Positions 54,712-64,000 of a stretch of 64,000 nucleotides of DNA are shown piece after piece; position 1 is the first letter of the stretch; each line of letters starts with the position of its first letter. The DNA comes from an uncultured Pseudobdellovibrionaceae bacterium (lineage in GTDB: Bacteria; Bdellovibrionota; Bdellovibrionia; Bdellovibrionales; JAGQZY01). The notes beneath the pieces are model-generated. The model was not told the DNA's origin and did not search any database. It saw nothing but the letters and a program-made list of their open reading frames with translations. Position numbers and translations under genes: made by a program. Where the stretch lies: contig CAYGNH010000011.1 in assembly GCA_964351315.1 (NCBI GenBank), positions 50,251-114,250 of the forward strand, given 5' to 3'.

Positions 54712-56061
54712 TTATAGGTTCAAACGTTTTTTCTTTCTCAGCATCAACAGCATAATGGTACCACCCAAAAAACCAAAACCAGACATAATGACATACCAGT
54801 ACAAGTAGCCATTGGTCTCCTGAGTCATGCTTAAAACCTTACCGGTGATTAAAAAGGAAATGGCGCCTCCGTAATATTGAAACGAATCAATCAAGCCCGA
54901 AGCAAAACCAGCCATTTTCTTCCCACCAATGTCCATGGGAGCGGCGGCACCCACCAAAGAATGAGTGGAATTGACCGTCAATGAAATTAAAATCAGGATC
55001 AAGCAGCCGACGAGAACCCCGGATGGTCCCGGCCCGACAAAATCATTTAACAGTAAAATAGCGGCTCCAGCGATCGTCAGTGCTTCTAAGTAGTAAAGTC
55101 CTACAGCCACCGGACCGCGCTCGCCTTTCCAAAGGATATCAGAAATGACCCCTGATCCCAGGGACCCTAAAAAGGCGACAAAAGGCATGGCCATCAAGGT
55201 TGCTGAGGCAATAAAGGGAATATTGGACTGCATATCAAAACCCAACTGGTCGCGAAAATACAGGATGGCCAATTGATCCAGGGAGTGCCGTACGCCGCCA
55301 GTGCAGGCGTAAGCTGCTGCATAAAACCAAATCAATGGGTGAAATAAGATTGTTTTTAAACTTTCTTTTAGTGAAGTCGTAACGCCCTCGGAATTGTCAA
55401 TTTCATCGACGATCACGCCCTCGTAACCGGCGTCTTCCGGTGACGGCTTGACGAGAAAATAGAAAGCGACGGCCGCGCAAACAGTGAACAAAGGGGGGAA
55501 GCGAAAAACAGATCGCCAATCACCGGCTTGCGCCAAACTTATAGAGCCGACAATCAACCCTCCATTCAGAAGAACCGGGGCCATTTTGCTAATCGACACT
55601 TGTCCCAGCTGGATCATACCGCCGAAAATACCGGCAAAAGTTCCTCGCTCAGTGCGACGAAACCAAGCGGCATTGATTTTGATCATTCCGGGGGCTCCGA
55701 AAGACTGAAAATAACCATTCATCAAAGCTAAAAGAGCGAAGGCTGAGAAGTGCGAGACAAGAGAGGAAAAACCGAAGATGATATTGATGCCAATGGTGCC
55801 TACAGCTCCGATCAGCATACATTTTCGCCCACCGATAAGGTCCGAAAACAATCCGTTGATCAATTGACCGGTTCCATAGGCGACCGACCAAGTGGCAAAA
55901 ATAAGGGAAACATCATTGATATCAAAACCAAACTCGCTTTGTAGTCCGGGTACGGCAAAGCGAAAGTTGTATCGACACATATAAAATGAAGCGTAAAGAA
56001 AACCAATGGTGATCCAGTTTTGGGCACGACGGGGTCTAAATCCTTGAGGGTAGGTTGACAT
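54712..56061 (-). CDS. MFS transporter (organophosphate:Pi antiporter-like N-terminus)
   Basis: 12 TM, FLYASFYMCRYNF...GQLINGLFSDLIGGRK. Confidence 0.8.
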   Translation of the reverse strand: MSTYPQGFRPRRAQNWITIGFLYASFYMCRYNFRFAVPGLQSEFGFDINDVSLIFATWSVAYGTGQLINGLFSDLIGGRKCMLIGAVGTIGINIIFGFSSLVSHFSAFALLALMNGYFQSFGAPGMIKINAAWFRRTERGTFAGIFGGMIQLGQVSISKMAPVLLNGGLIVGSISLAQAGDWRSVFRFPPLFTVCAAVAFYFLVKPSPEDAGYEGVIVDEIDNSEGVTTSLKESLKTILFHPLIWFYAAAYACTGGVRHSLDQLAILYFRDQLGFDMQSNIPFIASATLMAMPFVAFLGSLGSGVISDILWKGERGPVAVGLYYLEALTIAGAAILLLNDFVGPGPSGVLVGCLILILISLTVNSTHSLVGAAAPMDIGGKKMAGFASGLIDSFQYYGGAISFLITGKVLSMTQETNGYLYWYVIMSGFGFLGGTIMLLMLRKKKRLNL

Positions 56062-56068
56062 GTTTTTC

Positions 56069-58039
56069 CTAAGCTCGGTTTTCTAAAAGGCGATCGACAA
56101 CGGTCGGGTCGGCTAGGGTGGTGATGTCTCCTAATTGCTCCTCTTCATGGTTGGCAATTTTCCGCAAAATACGTCGCATGATTTTCCCACTTCGTGTTTT
56201 TGGAAGCTCGGGGGCCCAATGAATAAATTCACATCCAGCAAAGGCACCAATTTCGTTTCGAACGTGATCATTAAGGACTTTTTTCAGGGGTTGTTCATAT
56301 TCAAAACCATTGTTCAACGTCACGTAAGCGTAAATACCCTGACCTTTGATGTCGTGAGGTACTCCGACTACAGCGGCTTCAGCCACGGCTGGGTGGCCCA
56401 CCAAAGAACTTTCAATTTCAGCGGTTCCTATGCGGTGACCTGAAACATTGATCACATCATCGACGCGTCCTGTGACCCAAAAGTAGCCGTCTTCGTCGCG
56501 TTTGCAACCGTCTCCGGTAAAATAGTATCCTTTATATTGGTCAAAATATGTTTGTTCAAAGCGTTCGTGGTCACCATAGACAGTTCGCATTTGTCCGGGC
56601 CAGGGAAATTTGAAAGCGAGGACGCCCGAGGTGGCTCCCTTCAATTCTTCTCCCGATTGGGGGTCGAGAACTGCAGGTTGTCCCCCAAAAAAAGGAAAGG
56701 TTGCGGAACCGGGCTTCATGGGAGTCGCCCCGGGAAGGGGAGTCAGCAATATGCCACCAGTTTCAGTCTGCCACCAAGTATCGACAATCGGGCAGCGGCT
56801 CTCGCCAACAACTTCGTAGTACCAACGCCAAGCTTCGGGGTTGATCGGTTCTCCAACCGATCCCAGAAGTCTCAGCGAACTTCTTTTGTATTTTTTGACA
56901 AACTCATCACCCTTTGAGGCTATGGCGCGAATGGCGGTGGGAGCGGTGTAAAACAAGCTCACTTGGTGGCGATCGACCACATCCCAGAACCGACCAGCAT
57001 CTGGAAAGGTGGGGATACCCTCGAAAATAACTTGGGTGGCGCAATTTAAAAGAGGACCGTAGGTGATATACGAGTGGCCGGTGATCCAACCAACATCAGC
57101 GGTGCACCAATAAATATCATCATGATGATAATCAAAAACATATTTGAACGTGGTCGCGGCGTAAACCATGTACCCGCCGGTGGTATGAAGAACGCCTTTA
57201 GGTTTGCCTGTGGAGCCAGACGTGTAAAGTATAAACAGGGGATCTTCGGCATCCATCCATTCGGGAGGACAGTCGGCAGAAGCGTCTTGCATCAATTCCT
57301 TCCAAGTGAAGTCCCGACCGGGCTTCATGTTAAGGGTTCCGGGATAGTTTTCTCCAAGGCGTTCCAGGCTAATACAGGTGGTGACTTTAAATCCTTTATT
57401 GGCACAGATCTGCATGGCCTTGTCGCTGATATCTTTGGTGGGAACCACTTTTTTTCCACGAAAGCAGCCATCGGCAGTAATCAAAACCGCACACTCTGAA
57501 TCCAAAATGCGATCGGCCAGCGAGTCGGCAGAAAACCCACCAAACACCACCGAGTGAACGGCACCAATGCGAGCACAGGCCAATGTGGCAATGACGAGTT
57601 CATTCACCATAGGCATGTACAGTGCCACTCGGTCTCCCTTTTTCACGCCCCTCGATTTCAAGACATTGGCAAATTTACAGACCTGGTTGTGTACTTCCGA
57701 GTAAGTCATTTTATAAGTGTCGCCGGGTTCGTTACCCTCAAAAATAAAAGCAGTGCGGTCACCCTGGGTTTGTAGATGTCGATCGAGGGCGTTGTAGGTG
57801 ATATTGGTCTTGCCACCCTTAAACCATTCGATTTCAATTGGTCCTTTGCGTCGATCATAGTTGAAATTTAAAATGTCTGTGAAAGGTTTCTCCCAGTAGA
57901 AATTCTTTTTAGCAATGTCAGACCAAAAACCTTGTGGGTCGGACACTGAGGCGGAGTGCATTTTTTTATAATCATCAAAAGACTGAATGTGGGCTTTTTT
58001 TGAAAATTCCTGACTGGGTAAAATCGTGGTCATTGGCAT
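56069..58039 (-). CDS. acs: acetyl-coenzyme A synthetase
   Basis: 656 aa, [43 protein letters not shown]. Confidence 0.96.
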   Translation of the reverse strand: MPMTTILPSQEFSKKAHIQSFDDYKKMHSASVSDPQGFWSDIAKKNFYWEKPFTDILNFNYDRRKGPIEIEWFKGGKTNITYNALDRHLQTQGDRTAFIFEGNEPGDTYKMTYSEVHNQVCKFANVLKSRGVKKGDRVALYMPMVNELVIATLACARIGAVHSVVFGGFSADSLADRILDSECAVLITADGCFRGKKVVPTKDISDKAMQICANKGFKVTTCISLERLGENYPGTLNMKPGRDFTWKELMQDASADCPPEWMDAEDPLFILYTSGSTGKPKGVLHTTGGYMVYAATTFKYVFDYHHDDIYWCTADVGWITGHSYITYGPLLNCATQVIFEGIPTFPDAGRFWDVVDRHQVSLFYTAPTAIRAIASKGDEFVKKYKRSSLRLLGSVGEPINPEAWRWYYEVVGESRCPIVDTWWQTETGGILLTPLPGATPMKPGSATFPFFGGQPAVLDPQSGEELKGATSGVLAFKFPWPGQMRTVYGDHERFEQTYFDQYKGYYFTGDGCKRDEDGYFWVTGRVDDVINVSGHRIGTAEIESSLVGHPAVAEAAVVGVPHDIKGQGIYAYVTLNNGFEYEQPLKKVLNDHVRNEIGAFAGCEFIHWAPELPKTRSGKIMRRILRKIANHEEEQLGDITTLADPTVVDRLLENRA

Positions 58040-58104
58040 AGGCTCCCCCTAAAAAGTGAATAAGGCAGGCTACCAACGGGGGAGACAGGACTTCAAGAAA
58101 TCCG

Positions 58105-59472
58105 CTATGCGTTGTTCGCTTTTGGACGGTAAAAACCGCCTACAATGTAAACCATAAAACTTACAAGGAGCGTCGTCACGAAAGGAGCCTCGCCCTTAAG
58201 GCCAAACTCGACAATTGGGAGGGTGACAAGCCCGGCAATAAGAGTCAGGTAGGCCGAAAAAGCCCCTCCCCAGCGCATATGCAAACCGCACAGGGTGATC
58301 ACCAATATTCCAGCGGTGCCAAAAGAGGAAGCCACTTCGACAAGCTGGTAAATAGAATCGGATGAGAAGGCTATGACTACAGACACCAAGGCCGAAACTG
58401 CCACCATGATTCGGGCCGAAAGAATTTTCTTTTTTTCGGTATCCAACTTGAGTAGGGGAACCAATACGTTGTGGGAAATAAGGGCCGATGAGCTTAGCAA
58501 AATGCTATCAATGGTGGCCAGGATAGCTGAAATTAGAGCCCCGGAAAAAATAACGAAAGCGAAGGCAGGAAGATACTGACGAGCCAATTTGATAATAAAG
58601 TCTTCGTGGTGAGTGAGGTCGGAGAGAAGTTCCGGCCCCATCAGGCCGAGGATTACGGGGATGCTGCCGAAAAATAAATAAATGCAGCCAGAAACATAGG
58701 CTGCATTTTTTGCAACTGTTTTTGATCGTGCCGACAGAACTCGAGAAATTAACTCTTGGGCAACCAGCGACCCAAAGATAGGTATGCTCCAACGGTCTAT
58801 TCGTTGCCAAAAGCTTTCCCCATGTTTTCGAAAGCTCAGTTTTTCAGCGGGAAGATTTTGCCACCAATCCTGAAAATTGAATTCGCTCTGCGAAACAAAA
58901 TACAAAATAAGCAATAGACCAATGGCAATCATAATTCCTTGAATTAAATCGGTGATAATGTCTCCAAGCAAACCACCAAGGAGGGTGTAAAGAGTCACAA
59001 AAGCAAAAGCGATCCAAAGCGTGTAACTGAGATTCCAGTCGGTCATACTTGTTACAACTTGCCCAAAGGCCCGCATTTGGGCCGCTCCCCAAAGAAGGGA
59101 AGAGGGAACGATGATGATCACAGCTAATTTTTCAACAGGTCCGTTGAAACGCTCTCGAAAAAAGTCTGCCAATGTGGTGTAGCCTCCAGACCACAGCTTG
59201 GTGGTGATGAGCAGTCCCATCAAAAAAAGACAGAGAGAGTAGCCAAAGGGATCGGCTCGACTTCCAGCGAGCCCCTCGTTGAAAACAGCACCGGAAGTCC
59301 CAATAGTGGTTTCGGCACCAAACCAAGTTGCAAAAAGTGAAAACGATAAAATCCAAAGAGGAAGTTTGCGCCCGGCCACGAAAAAGTCGGCCTCGGACTT
59401 GATGAACTTAGAAACCAGGTAAGAGATAAGGAGCTGGATCAGAAGATATCCAGAGACAAAGGCAAGGATCAA
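58105..59472 (-). CDS. sodium:solute symporter family transporter
   Basis: 455 aa, about 12-13 TM, FFVAGRKLP...FATWFGAETTIG. TTG start after AAGGAAG. Confidence 0.82.
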   Translation of the reverse strand: MILAFVSGYLLIQLLISYLVSKFIKSEADFFVAGRKLPLWILSFSLFATWFGAETTIGTSGAVFNEGLAGSRADPFGYSLCLFLMGLLITTKLWSGGYTTLADFFRERFNGPVEKLAVIIIVPSSLLWGAAQMRAFGQVVTSMTDWNLSYTLWIAFAFVTLYTLLGGLLGDIITDLIQGIMIAIGLLLILYFVSQSEFNFQDWWQNLPAEKLSFRKHGESFWQRIDRWSIPIFGSLVAQELISRVLSARSKTVAKNAAYVSGCIYLFFGSIPVILGLMGPELLSDLTHHEDFIIKLARQYLPAFAFVIFSGALISAILATIDSILLSSSALISHNVLVPLLKLDTEKKKILSARIMVAVSALVSVVIAFSSDSIYQLVEVASSFGTAGILVITLCGLHMRWGGAFSAYLTLIAGLVTLPIVEFGLKGEAPFVTTLLVSFMVYIVGGFYRPKANNA

Positions 59473-59637
59473 TTGAGGCTTCCTTTCACAAAGTCCAGTC
59501 CAGTCGAGGTTTTAGGCAAGCCTTAATAAAATAAGGGCACGATGACAAGACTAAGATTGAGAAATGGGCTGTTTGTCTAAATTCTACAGACTTTTAGGCC
59601 GAATAAAAGCAGTAACAAACTAACAGGGAGTACATCC

Positions 59638-60006
59638 GTGATTATTTCAGCAGGTTTCTTTGTCATTTTAGTAGCCGCAGCCGTAACGGGTATTGTTTTT
59701 CTAGCGATGAAGCTGCAAAAAGAGAACTCGGACTTTATTGATGATTTACAGTTTTTCTTGCGTCAGCGAATTATCGGACACAATCAGGTGAAGGCGCAAT
59801 TGGCTGTCATGAAAACCAAATTGGCTAAACTCGAGCTTGAGAATATTGATCTTAAGCGTGCCCAAGGCAAAACGACAGAAGATGTTGGCTTTTCTGGACT
59901 GCTTGGTGAAGCCGAATTTGTGGAAGTCCGGAACCAAAAAATTCAAGCCCTTGAGAGAGAATTGGATCATCTTCGAAATATGCAGATGACCGATATGGCT
60001 TCTTGA
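59638..60006 (+). CDS. hypothetical membrane-anchored coiled-coil protein
   Basis: N-terminal TM then heptad-like sequence. GTG start after GGGAG. Confidence 0.5.
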   Translation: MIISAGFFVILVAAAVTGIVFLAMKLQKENSDFIDDLQFFLRQRIIGHNQVKAQLAVMKTKLAKLELENIDLKRAQGKTTEDVGFSGLLGEAEFVEVRNQKIQALERELDHLRNMQMTDMAS

Positions 60007-60038
60007 ATCAAACTCCTCTGCAGAGGCTCTTTGCAGTT

Positions 60039-61847
60039 TTAATTCTTTTCTTTTTTCACTTTTCGCTTGTTCGGGTCGAGTTCTCGACAGCGCAGGCGAA
60101 TATTCATTGGTGTGATCTCAATGAGCTCGCTGTCTTTAACCCATTCAAGAGCCGACTCTAAGGTCAGTTTAATGGGCGGAGTGAGCTTGATTCCTTCGTC
60201 AGAACCAGAGGCACGAACGTTGGTTAGCTTTTTCTCTCGAACAATATTGACATTCAAGTCGGTCGCTTTATTGGCCTGACCAATGATCATTCCACAGTAC
60301 ACCTGGGTGCCGGCTTTGATAAACATGCTGCCACGGTCTTCCAAATTCCAGATAGAATATGAAGTGGCGGCCCCTTTGCGATCGCTTATAATTGCACCGG
60401 TGTGACGGGCTTCGATTTCTCCACGGTAGTCGTCGTAGCCGTCAAAATAAGTGCTCAGAAGACCGGTTCCTCGTGTGTCCGTTAGGAACTCGGACCGGTA
60501 ACCAATTAAACCGCGAGAAGGAATACGAAATTCAATACGAGAACGGTTGGCGCCTTTGGGATTCATGGTTAACAAAACGCCTTTGCGCTCGCCCATTTTT
60601 TGGGTCACCGCTCCGACATAATCTTGCTCGACATCCACAACAGCAACTTCCATGGGTTCTTTTAAAACGCCGTCATCTTTGTGCATCAAAACTTGGGGTT
60701 TGCTGACTAAAAGCTCAAAACCTTCGCGACGCATTTGTTCGAAAAGCACAGAGAGTTGCAATTCGCCGCGGCCCAAAACTTTAAAGCTTTCGGGAGAGTC
60801 GGTGTCTTCAACACGAATGGAAACATTGTACAAAAGTTCTCTTTCTAAGCGTTCTTTAATTTTTCGACTGGTAACCAGTTTTCCTTCGGTTCCGGCAAAA
60901 GGTCCGTCATTAACAGAAACCACAACCGCCACTGTTGGCTCGTCCACACGGATTCTTTCCATGGGTCTGGGATTGGCTGGGTCGGTAAGGGTATCACCAA
61001 TAAAGATTTTCTCGAATCCGGCGACGATCGCAATATCACCAGCATGCAGCTCATCGCATTTGACCTTTTGAGAATTCATGTATTTAAACAGGGTACTGAT
61101 TTTCAATTTTTTGTTACCATCTTCTTGGCAAATCAAAATTTCTTGCCCAACCTTTAAAGAGCCTGAGCGAATCCGCCCAATACCAAGACGGCCGACGTAG
61201 TCGTCGTAATCAATATTGGCGACCAGAAGCTGTAGGGGGCCATCTTGCTCGACGGTTGGTGGCGGGATTTTTTCGATGATCCAATCGAATAAGACCTCGA
61301 GGCTGTTGGTCATTTCGTTAGGGTCAGTGGTGGCGATTCCGTCTTTTCCGATGGCATAGATGACATCAAAATCGGCCTGTTCTTCGGTGGCATCCAGATC
61401 GATAAAAAGGTCAAAGATTTCGTTGTGAACTTCGTCAATCCGAGCGTCGGGTCGGTCGATTTTGTTGATACAAACAATAATTTTGATATTTTTCTTTAAC
61501 GCTTTTTCAAGAACAAAGCGGGTTTGTGGAAGCGGACCTTCGCTGGCGTCCACCAACAGAATGGCACCGTCGACCATATCGAGAATTCGTTCGACCTCGC
61601 CACCAAAGTCACTGTGCCCAGGAGTATCGACAATATTCACTTTAATGTCTTTGTACTGGAAAGACGCGTTTTTGGCGGCAATGGTGATTCCACGCTCTTT
61701 TTCTAGGTCCATGCTATCCATGAAGCGTTCATCGACATCGGCATTTTCACGAAAAGTTCCACTTTGTTTAAGAAGGTGATCAACGAGGGTGGTTTTGCCG
61801 TGATCAACGTGAGCAATAATCGCAATATTCCGAATAGGTATGGACAT
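60039..61847 (-). CDS. typA: translational GTPase TypA/BipA
   Basis: IAIIAHVDHGKTTLVD, DTPGHSDFGGEV, NKIDR. 602 aa. Confidence 0.96.
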   Translation of the reverse strand: MSIPIRNIAIIAHVDHGKTTLVDHLLKQSGTFRENADVDERFMDSMDLEKERGITIAAKNASFQYKDIKVNIVDTPGHSDFGGEVERILDMVDGAILLVDASEGPLPQTRFVLEKALKKNIKIIVCINKIDRPDARIDEVHNEIFDLFIDLDATEEQADFDVIYAIGKDGIATTDPNEMTNSLEVLFDWIIEKIPPPTVEQDGPLQLLVANIDYDDYVGRLGIGRIRSGSLKVGQEILICQEDGNKKLKISTLFKYMNSQKVKCDELHAGDIAIVAGFEKIFIGDTLTDPANPRPMERIRVDEPTVAVVVSVNDGPFAGTEGKLVTSRKIKERLERELLYNVSIRVEDTDSPESFKVLGRGELQLSVLFEQMRREGFELLVSKPQVLMHKDDGVLKEPMEVAVVDVEQDYVGAVTQKMGERKGVLLTMNPKGANRSRIEFRIPSRGLIGYRSEFLTDTRGTGLLSTYFDGYDDYRGEIEARHTGAIISDRKGAATSYSIWNLEDRGSMFIKAGTQVYCGMIIGQANKATDLNVNIVREKKLTNVRASGSDEGIKLTPPIKLTLESALEWVKDSELIEITPMNIRLRCRELDPNKRKVKKEKN

Positions 61848-61926
61848 GATAATTTCCTTGAAAAGCAGAAAGTTAGCTTTGTTTGGAACGTTTGTCCACT
61901 TCTACTTGAGTGAATGGGGTCAGATT

Positions 61927-62331
61927 TTAATCAAGAAAACGCTGTCTTTCTTCTGCCGTGGGAATTCGGCAGGTCTCTCGGCGGCCAAATAGAGAGTATC
62001 GGGTAAGGGCAACGAAGTCGTAAATCCAATTGGTAAAAAAGCGGGGTAGAATGCGAAATGGGGTCAAAATGTGAAGAGGGCCGCCCACGCACCAAGCCAC
62101 CCTGAAAATCGCTGAAGATTTAAAATGAATTCTTCCATCGGTGTCGAGAAGGACCACTGAGGCGAGCTTTGCAATCGCCTCGGGTGGCAACTTTTGGCGG
62201 GCTGTTTCGCCTTGTAGAGAGGCAATGAGAACCCGATGGTTCTTGTCTCGGCGAACCAAAAAATCAATAAAACCATTGCAAAGATTACAGTGGCCATCAA
62301 AAAATAAAATAGGTTTGTTGTGTTCCGCCAT
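61927..62331 (-). CDS. thiol-disulfide oxidoreductase DCC-family (DUF393) protein
   Basis: FFDGHCNLCNGFIDFLVRRD. Confidence 0.82.
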   Translation of the reverse strand: MAEHNKPILFFDGHCNLCNGFIDFLVRRDKNHRVLIASLQGETARQKLPPEAIAKLASVVLLDTDGRIHFKSSAIFRVAWCVGGPLHILTPFRILPRFFTNWIYDFVALTRYSLFGRRETCRIPTAEERQRFLD

Positions 62332-62351
62332 AGGGCAAGTATAAGTGGGGG

Positions 62352-63512
62352 ATGCTGAAAGTTCAACTGAACCGTGATCTAAGAAAAAACATCCTCAGGG
62401 GGCAGCCCTGGGTCTACCGTGAAGCGGTAGAGTTGAAAAAAGGCGTGGAATCTTCGGTGCTTTGCCAGGTTCTTGATCGGAAAGGTCAGGGGTTGGCATG
62501 GGCCCTTTACAGCCCGGAAGGACCCCTGGCTCTAAGAATTCTCTCCACTGAAAAAAGACCCCCCAACGAAACCCTCTATCAGGCGCGTTTAAAAGCCGCT
62601 TGGAATTTGCGAGCCTCTTTGCGAACCGTCGACACCAACGCCTATCGGTTGGTCAACGGCGAAGGAGACTGGCTCCCTGGATTTGTGTGTGACGTCTACA
62701 ATAACTTGGCGGTGATGCAATTTGATGGCGACTCTTGCTATGAGTTTTGGGATCAAGAGTTCTTAGCTCAATGGCTTTTGGAAAATACACCTGTTGAGTC
62801 GGTCTATTGCAAACCTCGACGATCAGATCAACGCGATCCCTTGGTTTTCGGAGCCTCGTTGGATTTTGAACCGATCGAGATTTTAGAGAACGGTGTTCGA
62901 TTTATAGTCGACTACGTTCAAGGTCAAAAAACCGGGTTCTTTTTGGATCAGCGAGACAACCGCCAGTATTTAAAGTCTCTCGCTCAAGGTAAAACGGTTC
63001 TCAATCTTTTTAGTTACACAGGCGGATTTTCTATTTACGCGGGGTTGGGCGGCGCCGACAGGGTGACCAGTGTTGATCTGTCTGAGCCGGCGCTCCAATT
63101 GGCGACCAAGGCATGGCATTTAAATGACTTAGAGCCAGGGAAACATAAAGCGGTGGCAACAGATGTTTTTGATTTCTTGGAAGCCAATAGAGACGATTTT
63201 GATGTGGTAATGGTCGATCCACCTTCCATGACCCATTCAGAAAAGACGAAAGCGCAGGCTGTGAAAGCGTATACCCATTTGTTTTCTCAAGCCGCACGGC
63301 TTTGTGGCGGCGGTAGTCACTTGGTTCTTTCCAGTTGTTCAAGCCACATTAGCTTTCAAGATTTTTTCGAAATCATTGAAGAATCTCTTTCGAAGGCTCG
63401 CAAAAAAGGACAGATATTAAAAGTCTCAGGCCAAGGGATTGATCACCCCTTTCCTCACTCTTGTCGTGAACTGCGCTACTTGAAATTTGTCGATGTCTTG
63501 ATTGCCGATTAA
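62352..63512 (+). CDS. rlmI: class I SAM-dependent 23S rRNA (cytosine-C5) methyltransferase, RlmI-like
   Basis: N-terminal PUA-like region, QKTGFFLDQRDNR, LNLFSYTGGFS, DPPS. Confidence 0.82.
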   Translation: MLKVQLNRDLRKNILRGQPWVYREAVELKKGVESSVLCQVLDRKGQGLAWALYSPEGPLALRILSTEKRPPNETLYQARLKAAWNLRASLRTVDTNAYRLVNGEGDWLPGFVCDVYNNLAVMQFDGDSCYEFWDQEFLAQWLLENTPVESVYCKPRRSDQRDPLVFGASLDFEPIEILENGVRFIVDYVQGQKTGFFLDQRDNRQYLKSLAQGKTVLNLFSYTGGFSIYAGLGGADRVTSVDLSEPALQLATKAWHLNDLEPGKHKAVATDVFDFLEANRDDFDVVMVDPPSMTHSEKTKAQAVKAYTHLFSQAARLCGGGSHLVLSSCSSHISFQDFFEIIEESLSKARKKGQILKVSGQGIDHPFPHSCRELRYLKFVDVLIAD

Positions 63513-63883
63513 GACTCGGCTTTTTGCTCTTCAGATTCCAGCTGCTTTTTAACATCATCCATATTCAGCTCTTTGACCTTAGTCACCAGTTCACGCAATT
63601 GCTCTTCGTAAAGGGCGCCGGGCTGGAAGAACACTTCAACCCCTTCGCGAATGACCATCAAGGTGGGGATGCTGCGAATCGAGAAATGCGCCGCCAGCTC
63701 TTGCTCGACTTCGGTGTCGACTTTACCAAATACCACATCGGGATGATCTTCTGAAACCTGCTCGTAGACGGGGAGAAAGCTCATGCAGGGGCCACACCAG
63801 GAGGCCCAAAAGTCCACAATAACGATGTCGTTTTTTTCGTAAATCTCTCTAAAGTTATCTTTATTTATTTCTGTAGTTGCCAT
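63509..63883 (-). CDS. trxA: thioredoxin with a ~20-aa acidic C-terminal extension
   Basis: VDFWASWCGPC active site. 124 aa. Its stop codon overlaps the convergent rlmI stop. Confidence 0.9.
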   Translation of the reverse strand: MATTEINKDNFREIYEKNDIVIVDFWASWCGPCMSFLPVYEQVSEDHPDVVFGKVDTEVEQELAAHFSIRSIPTLMVIREGVEVFFQPGALYEEQLRELVTKVKELNMDDVKKQLESEEQKAES

Positions 63884-64000
63884 GGGCTGGTTATCTCGAC
63901 CCCTGGGGCTGATGTCAATAGTGACGAAAGTGGTGTGTTTTCAGTGCTTTAAAAATATAACAAGAGGTTTTGAATCTAAATAAAGCTGTGCTAAATTGTC

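Noticed and set aside
1-64000. A search by eye for tRNA, rRNA, tmRNA, SRP RNA, RNase P, CRISPR repeats, transposases, integrases and phage genes
   Set aside because: None were recognised. All spacers longer than 100 nt were read and show only promoters, hairpins and short palindromes. A proper Infernal/tRNAscan run is still advisable.

Overview
This 64-kb window is about 45% GC and tightly packed, and it reads like core chromosome from a Gram-negative bacterium. Supporting signs are lipoboxes, a TonB-like protein, an outer-membrane beta-barrel and an LPS-type GT9 glycosyltransferase. Many orphan secreted proteins and one MYXO-CTERM-like tail suggest a Bdellovibrionota- or Myxococcota-like lineage, at low confidence. 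I support about 66 protein-coding genes. I found no rRNA, tRNA, CRISPR array, transposase, integrase or phage genes. Recognisable content, left to right: 2Fe-2S ferredoxin, SDR, trxB and a receiver protein; a YejABEF-like peptide ABC importer interrupted by an O-methyltransferase; homodimeric-type pyruvate dehydrogenase E1 coupled to an alpha/beta hydrolase; TonB-like protein and PP2C phosphatase; a sulfide/persulfide-handling cluster (Crp/Fnr regulator, two YeeE/YedE, TauE, persulfide-dioxygenase-like MBL); rplM-rpsI and truA; asd, pssA and a CdsA-like gene; DsbA; sfsA; a lipA-E2-lpdA-lipB operon; cobB sirtuin; di-haem cytochrome c peroxidase; thiolase; a block of orphan secreted proteins (EEP nuclease/phosphatase-like, CXXCH protein with a C-terminal sorting tail, His-rich protein); DUF924 and a photolyase-related protein, SDR and ABC1 kinase; GT9, GT2 and a polytopic membrane protein; an SSS-acs-MFS operon; typA; DCC oxidoreductase; rlmI; trxA. 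The strongest candidate for something undescribed is the sulfide cluster. It has the gene content of a BigR-type operon but a Crp/Fnr-family regulator, and two near-identical operator-promoter modules whose palindromes are centred at about -41.5. Other points worth a second look: a 22-bp perfect inverted repeat in the divergent sfsA/lipA promoter region, a permease gene that seems to need an ATT start codon, and several orphan secreted or sorted proteins. All functional calls come from motif recognition by eye. No database search was run.
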